Source: Blastocatellia bacterium | GTDB lineage: Bacteria; Acidobacteriota; Blastocatellia; RBC074 | NCBI GenBank assembly: GCA_035429885.1 | Contig: DAOMFR010000019.1 | Coordinates: forward strand, 67-64,066 | Direction: 5' to 3' | Length of the DNA stretch: 64,000 nucleotides | The notes under the pieces: model-generated | What the model saw: the letters and a program-made list of their open reading frames with translations, nothing else | Databases searched by the model: none | What the model was told of the DNA's origin: nothing | Shown: positions 32,861 to 42,659 of the stretch, one piece after another | Layout of the letters: each line of letters opens with the position of its first letter | How positions within the stretch are numbered: position 1 is the first letter of the stretch | Program-made: the position numbers and the translations under genes

Positions 32861-33072
32861 AACAACTGTTGCTGATATTTCTGATCGTCGCACTTTACCT
32901 GGTGCATCAAGACTTCTGGTTTTGGAATTCGGCCACGCCGCTGGTCTTTGGATTTCTGCCGATAGGATTGTTTTACCACCTGGTGTACACGTTGGTGATT
33001 TCCGGTGTGATGTGGTTGCTGGTGAAATGGGCGTGGCCGTCCCACCTCGAAGCGGAACACACGGAATCCTAG
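32857..33072 (+). CDS. small membrane protein (71 aa), DUF3311-like
   Basis: 4-nt overlap with preceding gene; two TM segments; HQDFWFWNSATPLVFGFLPIGLFYHLVYTLVISGVMWLLVKWAWPSHLE. Confidence 0.65.
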   Translation: MKQLLLIFLIVALYLVHQDFWFWNSATPLVFGFLPIGLFYHLVYTLVISGVMWLLVKWAWPSHLEAEHTES

Positions 33073-33090
33073 ACCGGTTTGCTCCACGGA

Positions 33091-33855
33091 TTATTTCTCG
33101 CCCAGCATACGAATTGGTTTGGGCAGGCGTTTGAGGGCAAACTTCTGCACGGCGTGCTGTTCAATATGAGCCATCGCTTCTTCTACCGAATCGGTCAACA
33201 TCAGGAATCTCAAGTCTTCCGGGCTAATGGTTTTCTGCCGGACCATCTCCTCTAAAAAATCATAAAGTTCGTAATAATACTCTTTTCCCATCAACACGAT
33301 GGGAAAGTCTTTGATCTTGTGGGTTTGAATCAGCGTCAAGGCTTCAAACAATTCATCCATCGTGCCGACTCCGCCGGGCAACACGACGAAGGCGTATGAG
33401 TATTTGATCAGCATGACTTTCCGGATGAAGAAGTAGCGAAACTGAATCATCTTATCCAGATAAGGATTGGGCTTTTGCTCGAAAGGGAGCGTGATGTTGC
33501 AGCCGATGGAAGTGCCTTTGGCTTCCCAGGCGCCGCGGTTGGCGGCTTCCATAATTCCGGGGCCGCCTCCGGTCATAACCGTAAATCCCAGATTCGACAA
33601 TGCCGCACCGACTTCGCGCGCAAGTTGGTAGTAAGGATGATCTTCCTTGAACCGCGCCGAACCAAACACTGTCACGCACGGACCGACGAAATGCAGATGG
33701 CGAAACCCGCGAATGAATTCGGCGAGGATGCGAAACACCATCATCGTTTCAGAGCCACGGGATTTGGGTCCTTCCAGGAAGTAACGGTCGCTGCTGGTGT
33801 TTTGGGTCTGATTGGATTGGTTTGCTGAGGGATCGGTTTGGGTTTCGGTAGCCAT
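33091..33855 (-). CDS. LOG family / TIGR00730 Rossmann-fold protein
   Basis: VTVFGSARFKEDHPYYQLAREVG, TGGGPGIMEAANRGAWEAKGTSIGCNI, FVVLPGGVGTMDELFEALTLIQT. Confidence 0.92.
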   Translation of the reverse strand: MATETQTDPSANQSNQTQNTSSDRYFLEGPKSRGSETMMVFRILAEFIRGFRHLHFVGPCVTVFGSARFKEDHPYYQLAREVGAALSNLGFTVMTGGGPGIMEAANRGAWEAKGTSIGCNITLPFEQKPNPYLDKMIQFRYFFIRKVMLIKYSYAFVVLPGGVGTMDELFEALTLIQTHKIKDFPIVLMGKEYYYELYDFLEEMVRQKTISPEDLRFLMLTDSVEEAMAHIEQHAVQKFALKRLPKPIRMLGEK

Positions 33856-33858
33856 CGT

Positions 33859-35526
33859 TTATCGCCTTCGAGGTTGTGTGACCGCCAAGCGAGCGTTGAC
33901 CGGCGGTTGAAGGCTAGGCGCAAAATTCGCTCTCAAGCTCTCCGCCTTGTCGTTAACGATCTCACGCACGATAGGCTGGTCGGCAAATTCGATTTTAACA
34001 GGTTGATAAGAAGGCGGGATGTTGCCCAAGCGATTTCGGAATGTCAAAACGGCGATTTGCCGGTTTCCGGTTTCAAAGTGATGACTGGGCGGCAACGCCA
34101 ATACTAACCCAACGAATCCGGTAGAAATCTGGCTGGCATTCACATAGCTCAGCGTATTCGGAATGCTGTCATTTGAAGAGGATAGAAATTCCCATCGTTC
34201 CGCATCGAATCGAAAACTAAACCCAACGGCGTTTTCGATCCCACTGGCTTCGCAGAAAATGCCGACTGAGTTTGGCGATAAGGCTTTGGCGTAAATCGTT
34301 GTTTGGTCGTTGGTAGTCGTTGGGCGGTGGGGGGCGATTGGCAAAAAGCCAACTCCAAACTCCTGGTTTCTAACTCCCAACTCCCAGCTCCCAAATCCCA
34401 ACTCCCAGTTTCCAACTCCCGGTTCCGAGGACTGTTCCAGGTTCATGGCGGGCGCGACGGGGCCGCCTGCGCCGGTCGGTGAATCGAGCGCGGCAGCGTA
34501 ACGCCCGGCTTGCACCCAATCGGTCAAAGTGATTCTTCCATCGCCCAACGTTGCGCGCGGAGCGCAATCTGCTCGCTGGTATTCGTTGCCAGCTGTTACC
34601 ACGTCCAATCCCGAAGCAAAGCGTCCAAGTTGAGTCCAATCGGCGATGGTAATTGTGCCGTTATTGCTTCCGTTCGGGCGTGGAGCCACGTCTGCTTCAA
34701 AGCCTCCGCTGATTGTCAGCGTCAAGGGGTTTGATGTGCCTCCGCCGGGCAGGGGATTGACTGCCGTGATTTTGAATTGTGTGGCAAAAGCCAGATCGCT
34801 GGATGTCAAAGTCGTCGTCACTTGTGTGCTGCTGACAAAATTGGTTGTTCGAGCCGAATTGTTGAACTGAACAATGACACCTTGCAAAAAATTGCTGCCG
34901 TTGACGGTGAGCGTCGGGGTTTGTGTGGTCAAGGGAATGAGGCTTGGCGACAGACTGGTCAAGGTCGGTGCGGGATTCGGGGTTACTGGCGTCGCCAGAT
35001 TGGCGGACGGAATGATTTCGGGCGCGGTTTGTCCGGGCCGAATCCACATCAAGCGAATGACTGCATTGGCCGTCAGCTCGAAGTATTCCAGTCGCAAGTT
35101 GTAGCTTTGACCACCGGTTAAAGCCACGGCAGTGCCTCGGTCTTCAGTTAGCGGATGCGGAGTGAGGTTATCAATGACCAACTGATTGCCCAGCCATAAC
35201 CGAACTCCATCGTCCGATTGCGTGACAAACACATAATTGCCTGTTGTGGGGGGCGTGAGTTGCCCTGTCCAGCGAATGGAAAAGGTTTCAGAATTGATTG
35301 CCGGATCGGGAGCTGAAAATCCAAGGTTGAAATCCACCGTCGCATCGGTGCGAGTAAGCTTCAAGTTGGTGAAATCTTCGTTGTCGAAATATTCGCCGCG
35401 AAGCCCTGCGGCAAGCGTATCGGCGACGGCTGGTTGAAACGGCTTGAGCAACGAAATGGATACCAGACAAGCCAAAATCGCGATAGGAACAAGGCGAGAT
35501 AACAGACGATACTTCTTGTCGAACAT
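33859..35526 (-). CDS. secreted PA14 - IPT/TIG - dockerin-like - cohesin-like protein
   Basis: PA14-like LRGEYFDNEDFTNLKLTRTDATVDFNL...YVFVTQSDDGVRLWLGNQLVIDN; TIG-like PTLTSLSPSLIPLTTQTPTLTVNGSNFLQGVIVQFN; duplicated NNGTITIADWTQLGRFASGLD / GDGRITLTDWVQAGRYAAALD; C-terminal beta domain. Confidence 0.85.
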   Translation of the reverse strand: MFDKKYRLLSRLVPIAILACLVSISLLKPFQPAVADTLAAGLRGEYFDNEDFTNLKLTRTDATVDFNLGFSAPDPAINSETFSIRWTGQLTPPTTGNYVFVTQSDDGVRLWLGNQLVIDNLTPHPLTEDRGTAVALTGGQSYNLRLEYFELTANAVIRLMWIRPGQTAPEIIPSANLATPVTPNPAPTLTSLSPSLIPLTTQTPTLTVNGSNFLQGVIVQFNNSARTTNFVSSTQVTTTLTSSDLAFATQFKITAVNPLPGGGTSNPLTLTISGGFEADVAPRPNGSNNGTITIADWTQLGRFASGLDVVTAGNEYQRADCAPRATLGDGRITLTDWVQAGRYAAALDSPTGAGGPVAPAMNLEQSSEPGVGNWELGFGSWELGVRNQEFGVGFLPIAPHRPTTTNDQTTIYAKALSPNSVGIFCEASGIENAVGFSFRFDAERWEFLSSSNDSIPNTLSYVNASQISTGFVGLVLALPPSHHFETGNRQIAVLTFRNRLGNIPPSYQPVKIEFADQPIVREIVNDKAESLRANFAPSLQPPVNARLAVTQPRRR

Positions 35527-35682
35527 AACGGTTCCTGTGTTGTTGGGGGGCGGCCGGAAACTAGAACCAATCGGCGGGGCAGTTCAATTGAGAGCGGGCG
35601 CATTATAGCTAACGCTGCTTCCTGTGGCGATGACTTTTTCCTGCGCCCGGGAACCCCAAAAGAGTGAGTTCCCGGGTGCAGA

Positions 35683-38600
35683 TTATCGAATCACATTCGC
35701 GTGTGTGCCAACGATGCTGCGAGCGATGGGGAAATCGCCGAGTTCGGCTTGAAGCGGCTGTTTATTTCGGTGGCGAGGCGCGAATTGCACAACAATGACT
35801 TCGGCTTCGCCGGGGCGCAGGCTGTGTCCGCCGGGCAAGGCCAGCATGACTCCCAAGCGGCCTTGCGCTGTTTCGTTCTGGTTGAGAATGAGTGTTGCCT
35901 GCCGAGCCTGGCGTCCGGTTCTTGCGGAAACAAAACGCCATTTGTTCGCATCAAAATTCAAACTAAAACTCAGCGCGTTTTCGGTTCCGTGAGCGTTCAG
36001 CCGGATGGAGATCGCGCCAGGAAGGGGTTTTACCGTCAACGGTTCATTTGTTTCGACGGTTTGCTGACGGCTGGCTTTCAATCCGCAATTTGCAACCCCC
36101 AATCCGCAATCGCCAGAAAGCCCTGCGACAGCAACGCTCGGTCCGCCCGCCACAGTCGCGGCTTCCAGTCCTGCAACGTAACGTCCGGTTTGCACCCAAT
36201 CAGCCAGTGTCAGGCGTCCATCGCCAAGGGTGTCGCGGGGAGCGCAGTCGGCGCGCTGAAATTCACTGCTATTGGCTGGGGAATCCAACCCGGCGACGAA
36301 TCGCCCTACTTGCACCCAGTCGGTGATTGTCACTGAGCCGTTGTTGTTTCCAAAAACACGGGGCGCAACATCGGCTTCATAACCTTGCCCAAGTCGCACA
36401 CTGCCGGAAACAAATTGTGCCGTGATTGGGGAACCGCTACCGGAAACCGCGCGAGGAATTGGCAAATCGCCAAAGTTGATTGTGGCCGTCGTGGCCGAAG
36501 CCGACGGAACAATATTGAATGTGATAACGGCGATTTGCCTTAAACCGGCCTCGTACTTCTTTCCGGAAGGTTGCGTGATCGTGAGTCCAAAAACACCTTG
36601 AGCAACACGTGTGGCGTCAGCGAAAAAATCTGCTCCAATGGAATCCACGCCGATGGAAGTTCGCGGGTCGGCAAGCAGTTTCGGATCAAAACTCAGGCTG
36701 AAATTGATGGCGGTCTCGTCGCCTTTGGAATCCAGCGTGATGGGCACGTTGACCGTTTGTCCGATAGAACCGGCGGAACTGACGACACTGATTGCGCGCG
36801 CGGCGACATTGACGGTCATGGAAGCGCTGGCTCCACCGATGTTGGCGGGTAAAGTCGCCGTAACTGTCGCAGGGCCGCCGACCGCCACACCGCTCAAGTG
36901 GAATGTCGCAGCTGCTGTTCCAGCTGGAATCACGACACTCGATGGAATCGTCAGCACAGATGTATTGGTGGACGATAGCGATACTGTCACGCTATTGGAT
37001 TGCGGGTAACTAAGCGTCACCGTTACGGGGCTTAGTGCTCCGACAGTTGCTGTCAAAGGAGACGGCGACAGCGAAATTCCCGGGAAGGACGTGAAGTTGA
37101 GTGTTTGTGCGTCCACGCAACCGGGTTTGCTCAGAATAATTGGAGCCGTGCGCGCTCCGGCAGGAACTGTGGTCGTGATGGACGTGTTGCTGTTGATCGT
37201 GAAGGAAGCAGGCACGTCGCCGAATTTGACGGCGGTCACCCCCGTGAAGCCGGAGCCTGTGATGGTGACTTGATTGCCCACGGAGCCGCTGCTTGCGCTT
37301 AGGCTGGTGACATTCAGGCAACTGGTCTGGCAGCAGGTGAACCCTGTCAGTTGCAAGGAAAACGCGCGCACGCTGCCGCTGTCTCCCGTAAAGGCGTCCA
37401 CTACAGTGAGTGTCCAGGTGCCGTTCGGGTTTTCTCCGTCGAAGGTGGACAGCGCGTTCGATGGTTTTAGAGTGCCGGTGTAAGGAGGCCCTTGCGGAGG
37501 CGGGCCGTTGGAGGCAATCGAGCCGATAGAAATTGCATTTGCTGCGTCATCATCCAGCAACATTTGGCAGAAGTTTTTGCCGCTGTTGCCGCTGCCGCCG
37601 GGGCGACTGATGATCGTCACGGTTGTTCCTGCGGGCGATGTCAGCCGAAACACCAAATCCCCAACCCAGGTGTGATCCACGCCGACGCCTGTGGCTCCGG
37701 GGCTGGACGAACACTGTGTGCCGTCAATGCGGAAGTTCAAGTCGGCGATGGTGCTGGGAAATCCGCTGACGACGATCGGTAAACTGACGCCGCGAGAATC
37801 TCCGTCGGGGATTTTTGTCGCTTCGCCCGCATAACTGAAGGTTTGCGTTGTCGTGCCGATTGCGCCGAGCGTGAAGTTGAATGTCACGATGCCCAAGTCC
37901 TGATCGCCATCTTTCAAACTCAGATTGATTGGCAAGTTTCCGCCGCAGGCTCCGCTGGCTGTGAATGTGAATTGACGCGCGACGGCTGCTGAACCGGGAG
38001 CCATTGCGCCGTAGCTTCTGGTTTGGTCGGCGGTGATGACGTTGCTGGAAGAGAGCAGTGTCGCCGTCAAATTCTGTGTGGTAGTGGAACCGTTGTTGCC
38101 CAGCAAAAGACTGACCGTTACGGTTTCGCCCGGATCAATGACTTTGTTCGCAGGCAAGCAGCTTTCGGTCACCAGCGAAGACGTGGCGCCAATAATCAGT
38201 TTGGCTGGACGCACCAGCCGCGCGCGAATGCCATAATTGCCAAACGATCCCAGTGAATCAATCAACTCGAAGGTTAAGCCGTCCAGCGAACGATAGGAAC
38301 GCGTTTTGGATTTCGTCGTGTCCAGCGCAAAAGGAAATACGTTTTCTGTCTGGGTCAGTTTTAGGCCCACGACGAAATCTCCGGACGTCACCGTGAGTGG
38401 AGAAATGTTGACCACATTGAACGCGCCGACCTGTTGCACTTGTGCCGCTGTCGTCTGAAACACGAGCCCGTCAATATTCGAATCGCCGTCAGCGTTTGAC
38501 GCGACAATCACCGAATACTGATCGCCTACGCGCACGCTGGTGTTATCCGGGAAGTAAATCGAAACGGCGTTGATCGTGGCCGGGTAAAACGCCGGAGTCA

Positions 38601-41412
38601 GCCGGTTGACGCGGTACGAAGTGCCGCCGGTTGTGACTCCTGCGGCGGTTTCAAAGCTTCCATCGTCAACAGACAGTTCAAAAGGCGCGGCGTCTTGCGT
38701 CACGGTGAAGGCTTGTCCGCCGACAGTGATGGTTCCGGTGCGTTGAATCGGTTGTGTGTTGTTGGCGACTGTGAAGTTGACGGTGCCGTTTCCCTGGCTA
38801 CCACTTGTGAATAGGACGCTGATAAATGAATCGCTGACTGTTGGTGTCCAAGCGCATTCCGAAGCCGAAGCCACCGCGAAGTTGCCTGAGCCTCCGTTGG
38901 CAGGGAAGTTTTTTGTCGCCGGAGTCAGCGTGTAAGAGCATCCGTTTCCCGCGCTTTGCGAAATGGTGACCAGTTGTCCGGCGACAGTGATTGTTCCGGT
39001 GCGCGCCAGGCCCGAAGTCGGCGCAACTGTAAAGCTGACGGTTCCGGTTCCGCTGGCGACTGCGCCGGAGTTAATGGTGATGAAGCTGGAGCCACTAATT
39101 GCTGTCCATCCGCAAGCAGCAGTTGTTTCCACGCTGATGGTTCCGACTCCGCCAGAAGCCGTGAAGCTGGAATTGTTCGCCGTCACGGTATAAGCGCAAT
39201 TGCCAACGGTCAGAATGTTGGCGCCGGTAGCCGTTTGGCCGTCAGGGTTTGTGACAGTGACGGTTTTGGTTCCGGCAGCGGCGTTGACCGTCGAAAGGTT
39301 CAACTGAATCGTTGTCGGATTGACGTAACTGACATTGTTGACGGTGACTCCGCCGCTGACGGATGCCCGCAGGCGGCAACTGTAGGAGTCTCCGGGGTCG
39401 AAAAATCCTGCTCCGTCAGCCGAGGTTAAACCAGTGAGCGTGACGTTGATCGAGCTCAAGCCTGTCGCGATCGAAGGCGGATTCGTTGCAGCAGGCGTGG
39501 CTGGCGGAGGTGCCGGAATTTTGGCTACGCGTAACCCATAGGAGTTGGCGGCGTCCGCGAATTGCTGCACGGTCCACAACGTCATGTCGTCGCAAGGGTC
39601 AACACTGGTGAACGAATAATCTCCCCAGCGGCGGCGAGCGGCCAGATTTCCGCTATCGCTGGACGGGTTGTACGGCGCAGGGCTGGCTGTGATCAACGAC
39701 GGAGCTTGCAGTGCGCCCAGCGGATCGGTTGCCAGCCGATAGGCAATCGCGGCATTCACATATTCATTCGTTCCGGCGGTGCTGCTTCCAATCAAAGCGT
39801 TTCCCTGACCGGAAACGGCCAGCGACGGAATGAAGTAATTTCGTTCGTCTTCGATGTTGGTTGTCGTGGAGGTGAATAACGTTCCGGCTTGGCGAAGCGT
39901 CGGCGCGTTAGTGGCAATGTCCGTGATTTCGTACCAGCGAACTCCATTGCGTGTGCGCGGAGCATCAATTGTGCCTTCGTTATTGACGGAAATGTTGTGC
40001 GTGGTCCAGATGCTGCCGCCGCGAAGTTGGGCCATTGCCAAACGATCATCAATCGCATCCAGCCTACCGTTCACTCCATTAATGTTGCCGCGATGGCGAA
40101 CCGTAATCGGTTGAGACGTGGTCAGCACATTCAGGTAAATGTTGGCCGACATCACCGGAACGCCACCTGGATTCGACACTCTGCGCAAAACCAATCGACC
40201 CAGACTGCCCGCATCCGTGCCAAGAAAATAACCTTCGGTGGAACTGGCGGCAGGATTGTCCACGCCCTGGGGCGTGAAGATGCCGTTTTTCAATGATGTA
40301 CCGGTCGAATCAATCAAGTTGCGAAAGGCTGAGGCAACAATCTGGCCGCCGCTCAGGATCGAAGATTTGCGAATGACCAACGCCGTCGTATTGCTGAACG
40401 CCCGATTGCAAAATTGATTCAATCCTACATACAGCGCGTTGGCGTCAATTCCCAGCGTCGGGAAGTCTGCAAAACATCCGTTGTCGCCCGCCGGAGACAC
40501 TTCGTTATGCGCGAACTGATAAAACGTCCAGCTCGTCGCCGTGTTGATCGTTGATCCGTCGCTGACCGCCAGCAGAATCCGATTGTTCGATGAAGCCGTG
40601 TTGACCAGCAGAATGAACCAACGTCCGGAGAGCCTGTCGTAGCGAACACGCGGGTCCGTTGTGATGAATCCTGCGCGAACGGAGTTGAAGAAGGAATCAA
40701 TGTCGGCATCCAGTTGTCCAACTGCGCCTGTGCTTTTGTTGAAGACTCGTATGCGGCCATTCACCGCCAGCAAAAATTGGGTCGGTCCGGCGGCTCCCAT
40801 CGAATCCGGCGGAAAGGCGCTGGTTTCCGCCAGGGTCGCTGCCGTGAAGTTGAGCGTTGGCAAAGGAGCGAAAGAGGGAAGTAGAGACGGAGAGACGGAG
40901 AGATTGGGTGACTGTTGCCCCAGGCGTTTGGTCTCTCTGCCCCATAATTCCTCAATCCCTCCGCCCCTCTGTCCCTCTGTTCCAGCAGGCGGCCATTGCG
41001 CACCCGGCAGGGCATCCGGGTTTTGCGGCAACTTGTCGCGATTGGGTTGTTCGAGCTCTTCTTCACGGTTGCGCTTGGCACGGCGTGGAGCCTTGGTCTC
41101 ACCGGAACGAAGCGATTGTTCGCGCGTCATGATCTCCGCCGTGGTTTCGGTGATGCCTGCTTCGCCAACCCACAACACGCCGGTGATTGATCCATCCGGG
41201 TTGATTTGTTGTTGTTGAGAATGAATGTGGCGAGCAGGCGGCGTTTTAATTTTGGATTTTGGCTTGGCTGATGAATTCGACCGCTCTGCACGACGTTGCG
41301 CCAGCCCGGCATTCAGCCATTGGCCCAACACCAAAGCCACTGTAACGAAAATCATCAACGATAAGAAGCGACGGAAAGATTTGAAGACGAATGCAAATCT
41401 CGAAACGGGCAT
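35683..41412 (-). CDS. large secreted multidomain protein (1909 aa) with BACON-like, P/Homo B-like, TIG-like, cohesin-like and dockerin-like segments
   Basis: N-terminal membrane/signal segment; CGWTAISGSSFITINSGAVASGTGTVSFTV..GTITVAG (BACON-like); VGVDHTWVGDLVFRLTSPAGTTVTII..NPNGTWTLTVVDAFTGDSG (proprotein convertase P-like); ISVVSSAGSIGQTVNVPITLDSKGDETAINFSLSFD (cohesin-like); NNGSVTITDWVQVGRFVAGLD + GDGRLTLADWVQTGRYVAGLE (dockerin-like). Confidence 0.85.
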   Translation of the reverse strand: MPVSRFAFVFKSFRRFLSLMIFVTVALVLGQWLNAGLAQRRAERSNSSAKPKSKIKTPPARHIHSQQQQINPDGSITGVLWVGEAGITETTAEIMTREQSLRSGETKAPRRAKRNREEELEQPNRDKLPQNPDALPGAQWPPAGTEGQRGGGIEELWGRETKRLGQQSPNLSVSPSLLPSFAPLPTLNFTAATLAETSAFPPDSMGAAGPTQFLLAVNGRIRVFNKSTGAVGQLDADIDSFFNSVRAGFITTDPRVRYDRLSGRWFILLVNTASSNNRILLAVSDGSTINTATSWTFYQFAHNEVSPAGDNGCFADFPTLGIDANALYVGLNQFCNRAFSNTTALVIRKSSILSGGQIVASAFRNLIDSTGTSLKNGIFTPQGVDNPAASSTEGYFLGTDAGSLGRLVLRRVSNPGGVPVMSANIYLNVLTTSQPITVRHRGNINGVNGRLDAIDDRLAMAQLRGGSIWTTHNISVNNEGTIDAPRTRNGVRWYEITDIATNAPTLRQAGTLFTSTTTNIEDERNYFIPSLAVSGQGNALIGSSTAGTNEYVNAAIAYRLATDPLGALQAPSLITASPAPYNPSSDSGNLAARRRWGDYSFTSVDPCDDMTLWTVQQFADAANSYGLRVAKIPAPPPATPAATNPPSIATGLSSINVTLTGLTSADGAGFFDPGDSYSCRLRASVSGGVTVNNVSYVNPTTIQLNLSTVNAAAGTKTVTVTNPDGQTATGANILTVGNCAYTVTANNSSFTASGGVGTISVETTAACGWTAISGSSFITINSGAVASGTGTVSFTVAPTSGLARTGTITVAGQLVTISQSAGNGCSYTLTPATKNFPANGGSGNFAVASASECAWTPTVSDSFISVLFTSGSQGNGTVNFTVANNTQPIQRTGTITVGGQAFTVTQDAAPFELSVDDGSFETAAGVTTGGTSYRVNRLTPAFYPATINAVSIYFPDNTSVRVGDQYSVIVASNADGDSNIDGLVFQTTAAQVQQVGAFNVVNISPLTVTSGDFVVGLKLTQTENVFPFALDTTKSKTRSYRSLDGLTFELIDSLGSFGNYGIRARLVRPAKLIIGATSSLVTESCLPANKVIDPGETVTVSLLLGNNGSTTTQNLTATLLSSSNVITADQTRSYGAMAPGSAAVARQFTFTASGACGGNLPINLSLKDGDQDLGIVTFNFTLGAIGTTTQTFSYAGEATKIPDGDSRGVSLPIVVSGFPSTIADLNFRIDGTQCSSSPGATGVGVDHTWVGDLVFRLTSPAGTTVTIISRPGGSGNSGKNFCQMLLDDDAANAISIGSIASNGPPPQGPPYTGTLKPSNALSTFDGENPNGTWTLTVVDAFTGDSGSVRAFSLQLTGFTCCQTSCLNVTSLSASSGSVGNQVTITGSGFTGVTAVKFGDVPASFTINSNTSITTTVPAGARTAPIILSKPGCVDAQTLNFTSFPGISLSPSPLTATVGALSPVTVTLSYPQSNSVTVSLSSTNTSVLTIPSSVVIPAGTAAATFHLSGVAVGGPATVTATLPANIGGASASMTVNVAARAISVVSSAGSIGQTVNVPITLDSKGDETAINFSLSFDPKLLADPRTSIGVDSIGADFFADATRVAQGVFGLTITQPSGKKYEAGLRQIAVITFNIVPSASATTATINFGDLPIPRAVSGSGSPITAQFVSGSVRLGQGYEADVAPRVFGNNNGSVTITDWVQVGRFVAGLDSPANSSEFQRADCAPRDTLGDGRLTLADWVQTGRYVAGLEAATVAGGPSVAVAGLSGDCGLGVANCGLKASRQQTVETNEPLTVKPLPGAISIRLNAHGTENALSFSLNFDANKWRFVSARTGRQARQATLILNQNETAQGRLGVMLALPGGHSLRPGEAEVIVVQFAPRHRNKQPLQAELGDFPIARSIVGTHANVIR

Positions 41413-41723
41413 GCCTACTCCTGAAACGCACCTTCCCTGGCCAAAAAGTGGCTAGGCGTCACTGCCAGACAACAGCGACAAATGATTCCTAACGGATGAT
41501 GACGGAACTGCGAAGTATGACGAGGCCGATTCCTAAGCCAAACAAGTGAGGACAACGCAGGGGATAACCAACTGGCTTAATCGGTGTTGATCAGAATCAG
41601 TTCTGTCAAAACGCCTCTTCGTACAATACCGAAATTGAAGATTCCAGTAACTCACTGGGCGCAGAACTTAAACGTCGAAGTTAGGGCTGTCAAGAAGGTA
41701 TTTTAGTGCGAGCACACTCAGGT

Positions 41724-42137
41724 TCAGGCGGGCATGGAAACGGCTCCGATCTGCACCATCGCGCCGAGAAAATCGGTCTGACTCCAGCGCTCGACGCATT
41801 TGCCATTGGCGAACCTGAGAATTGTGATGCCCGGCAACGACACGGGCTTTCTGGTCGCGGGAACGCCCAGGAAGTTTCCGCCATGCGTGGCGTTGACGAC
41901 AAAGCGGCACGTCAATTTGTCGTCAGCTTCGATCAAATCTTCAACGACGATTTTCGCGTCAGGGAAGGCGGTCCAGAATTGAGCGTAAAATCGTTTGATG
42001 TTTTCCAGGCCGGGGCCGACTCCGGCGTAACCGCGCAACACCGCGTTGTCGTCGTACAGATCGAAATACTTTTCGCGGGTTTCCAATCTGCCGAAATTTT
42101 CAATCGCCTGCAGTAAAGCCAGTTTGTTGTCTGTCAT
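41724..42137 (-). CDS. SnoaL-like/ester cyclase family protein
   Basis: LENIKRFYAQFWTAFPDAKIVVEDLIEADDKLTCRFVVNATHGGNFLGVPATRKPVSLPGITILRFANGKCVERWSQTDFLGAMVQIG. Start at MTDNKL (42137); track ORF extends to 42251. Confidence 0.85.
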   Translation of the reverse strand: MTDNKLALLQAIENFGRLETREKYFDLYDDNAVLRGYAGVGPGLENIKRFYAQFWTAFPDAKIVVEDLIEADDKLTCRFVVNATHGGNFLGVPATRKPVSLPGITILRFANGKCVERWSQTDFLGAMVQIGAVSMPA

Positions 42138-42237
42138 ACGAGAGTCTCCTTGTGATGTATAGTGATGAACGAATTCGGCAGGTATTACGACTGAATTCGG
42201 CAATCGGTTTTCTGAGTAGAGGAGAAAAGACTGGGAA

Positions 42238-42615
42238 ATGTACAGCGCCAAAGTTCTGCATCATCTGGAAAACCCACATAACGTCGGCGAATTGGCCGAC
42301 GCGACGGTTACCGGACAGGCGACCAATCCGGTGTGCGGAGATTTGCTGAATCTGCAACTCAAAATTGCCGACGGAGCCATCGTTGCCGCCAAGTTCACTG
42401 TGCAAGGCTGCCCGCCAAGCATTGCCGCCGGTTCCGCGTTAACCGAAATGTTGACTGGCTTGGCGGTTGCGGAAGCGCGCAAGCTGGTTCCATCGGATGT
42501 CACGCGTTCGCTGGAAAGTTTGCCGCGAAACAAAGAGCACTGCTCCGTGCTGGCAATTGACGCGCTTCGATCTGCTCTGGCGACACTCGCCGAACCATCG
42601 AGCAACATGGTATAA
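42238..42615 (+). CDS. NifU/IscU-type iron-sulfur cluster scaffold-like protein
   Basis: HHLENPHNVGELADATVTGQATNPVCGDLLNLQLKIADGAIVAAKFTVQGCPPSIAAGSALTEMLTG...NKEHCSVLAIDALRSAL, with the three conserved Cys positions. Confidence 0.88.
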   Translation: MYSAKVLHHLENPHNVGELADATVTGQATNPVCGDLLNLQLKIADGAIVAAKFTVQGCPPSIAAGSALTEMLTGLAVAEARKLVPSDVTRSLESLPRNKEHCSVLAIDALRSALATLAEPSSNMV

Positions 42616-42659
42616 CCGGCCTTCCGCTGCGGAAGACTTCAACCCAAAAACAAAACGAT

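Noticed and set aside
34350-34427. CCAACTCCCAG-like repeats as a CRISPR or direct repeat array
   Set aside because: Units are short, degenerate, contiguous and in frame within a gene, with no regular spacers; no CRISPR array was seen anywhere.
35643-35681. Hairpin tgcgcccgggaa...ttcccgggtgca downstream of the 1909-aa gene as a rho-independent terminator
   Set aside because: Stem is good (11/12), but no T-run follows on the minus strand; not strong enough to call.
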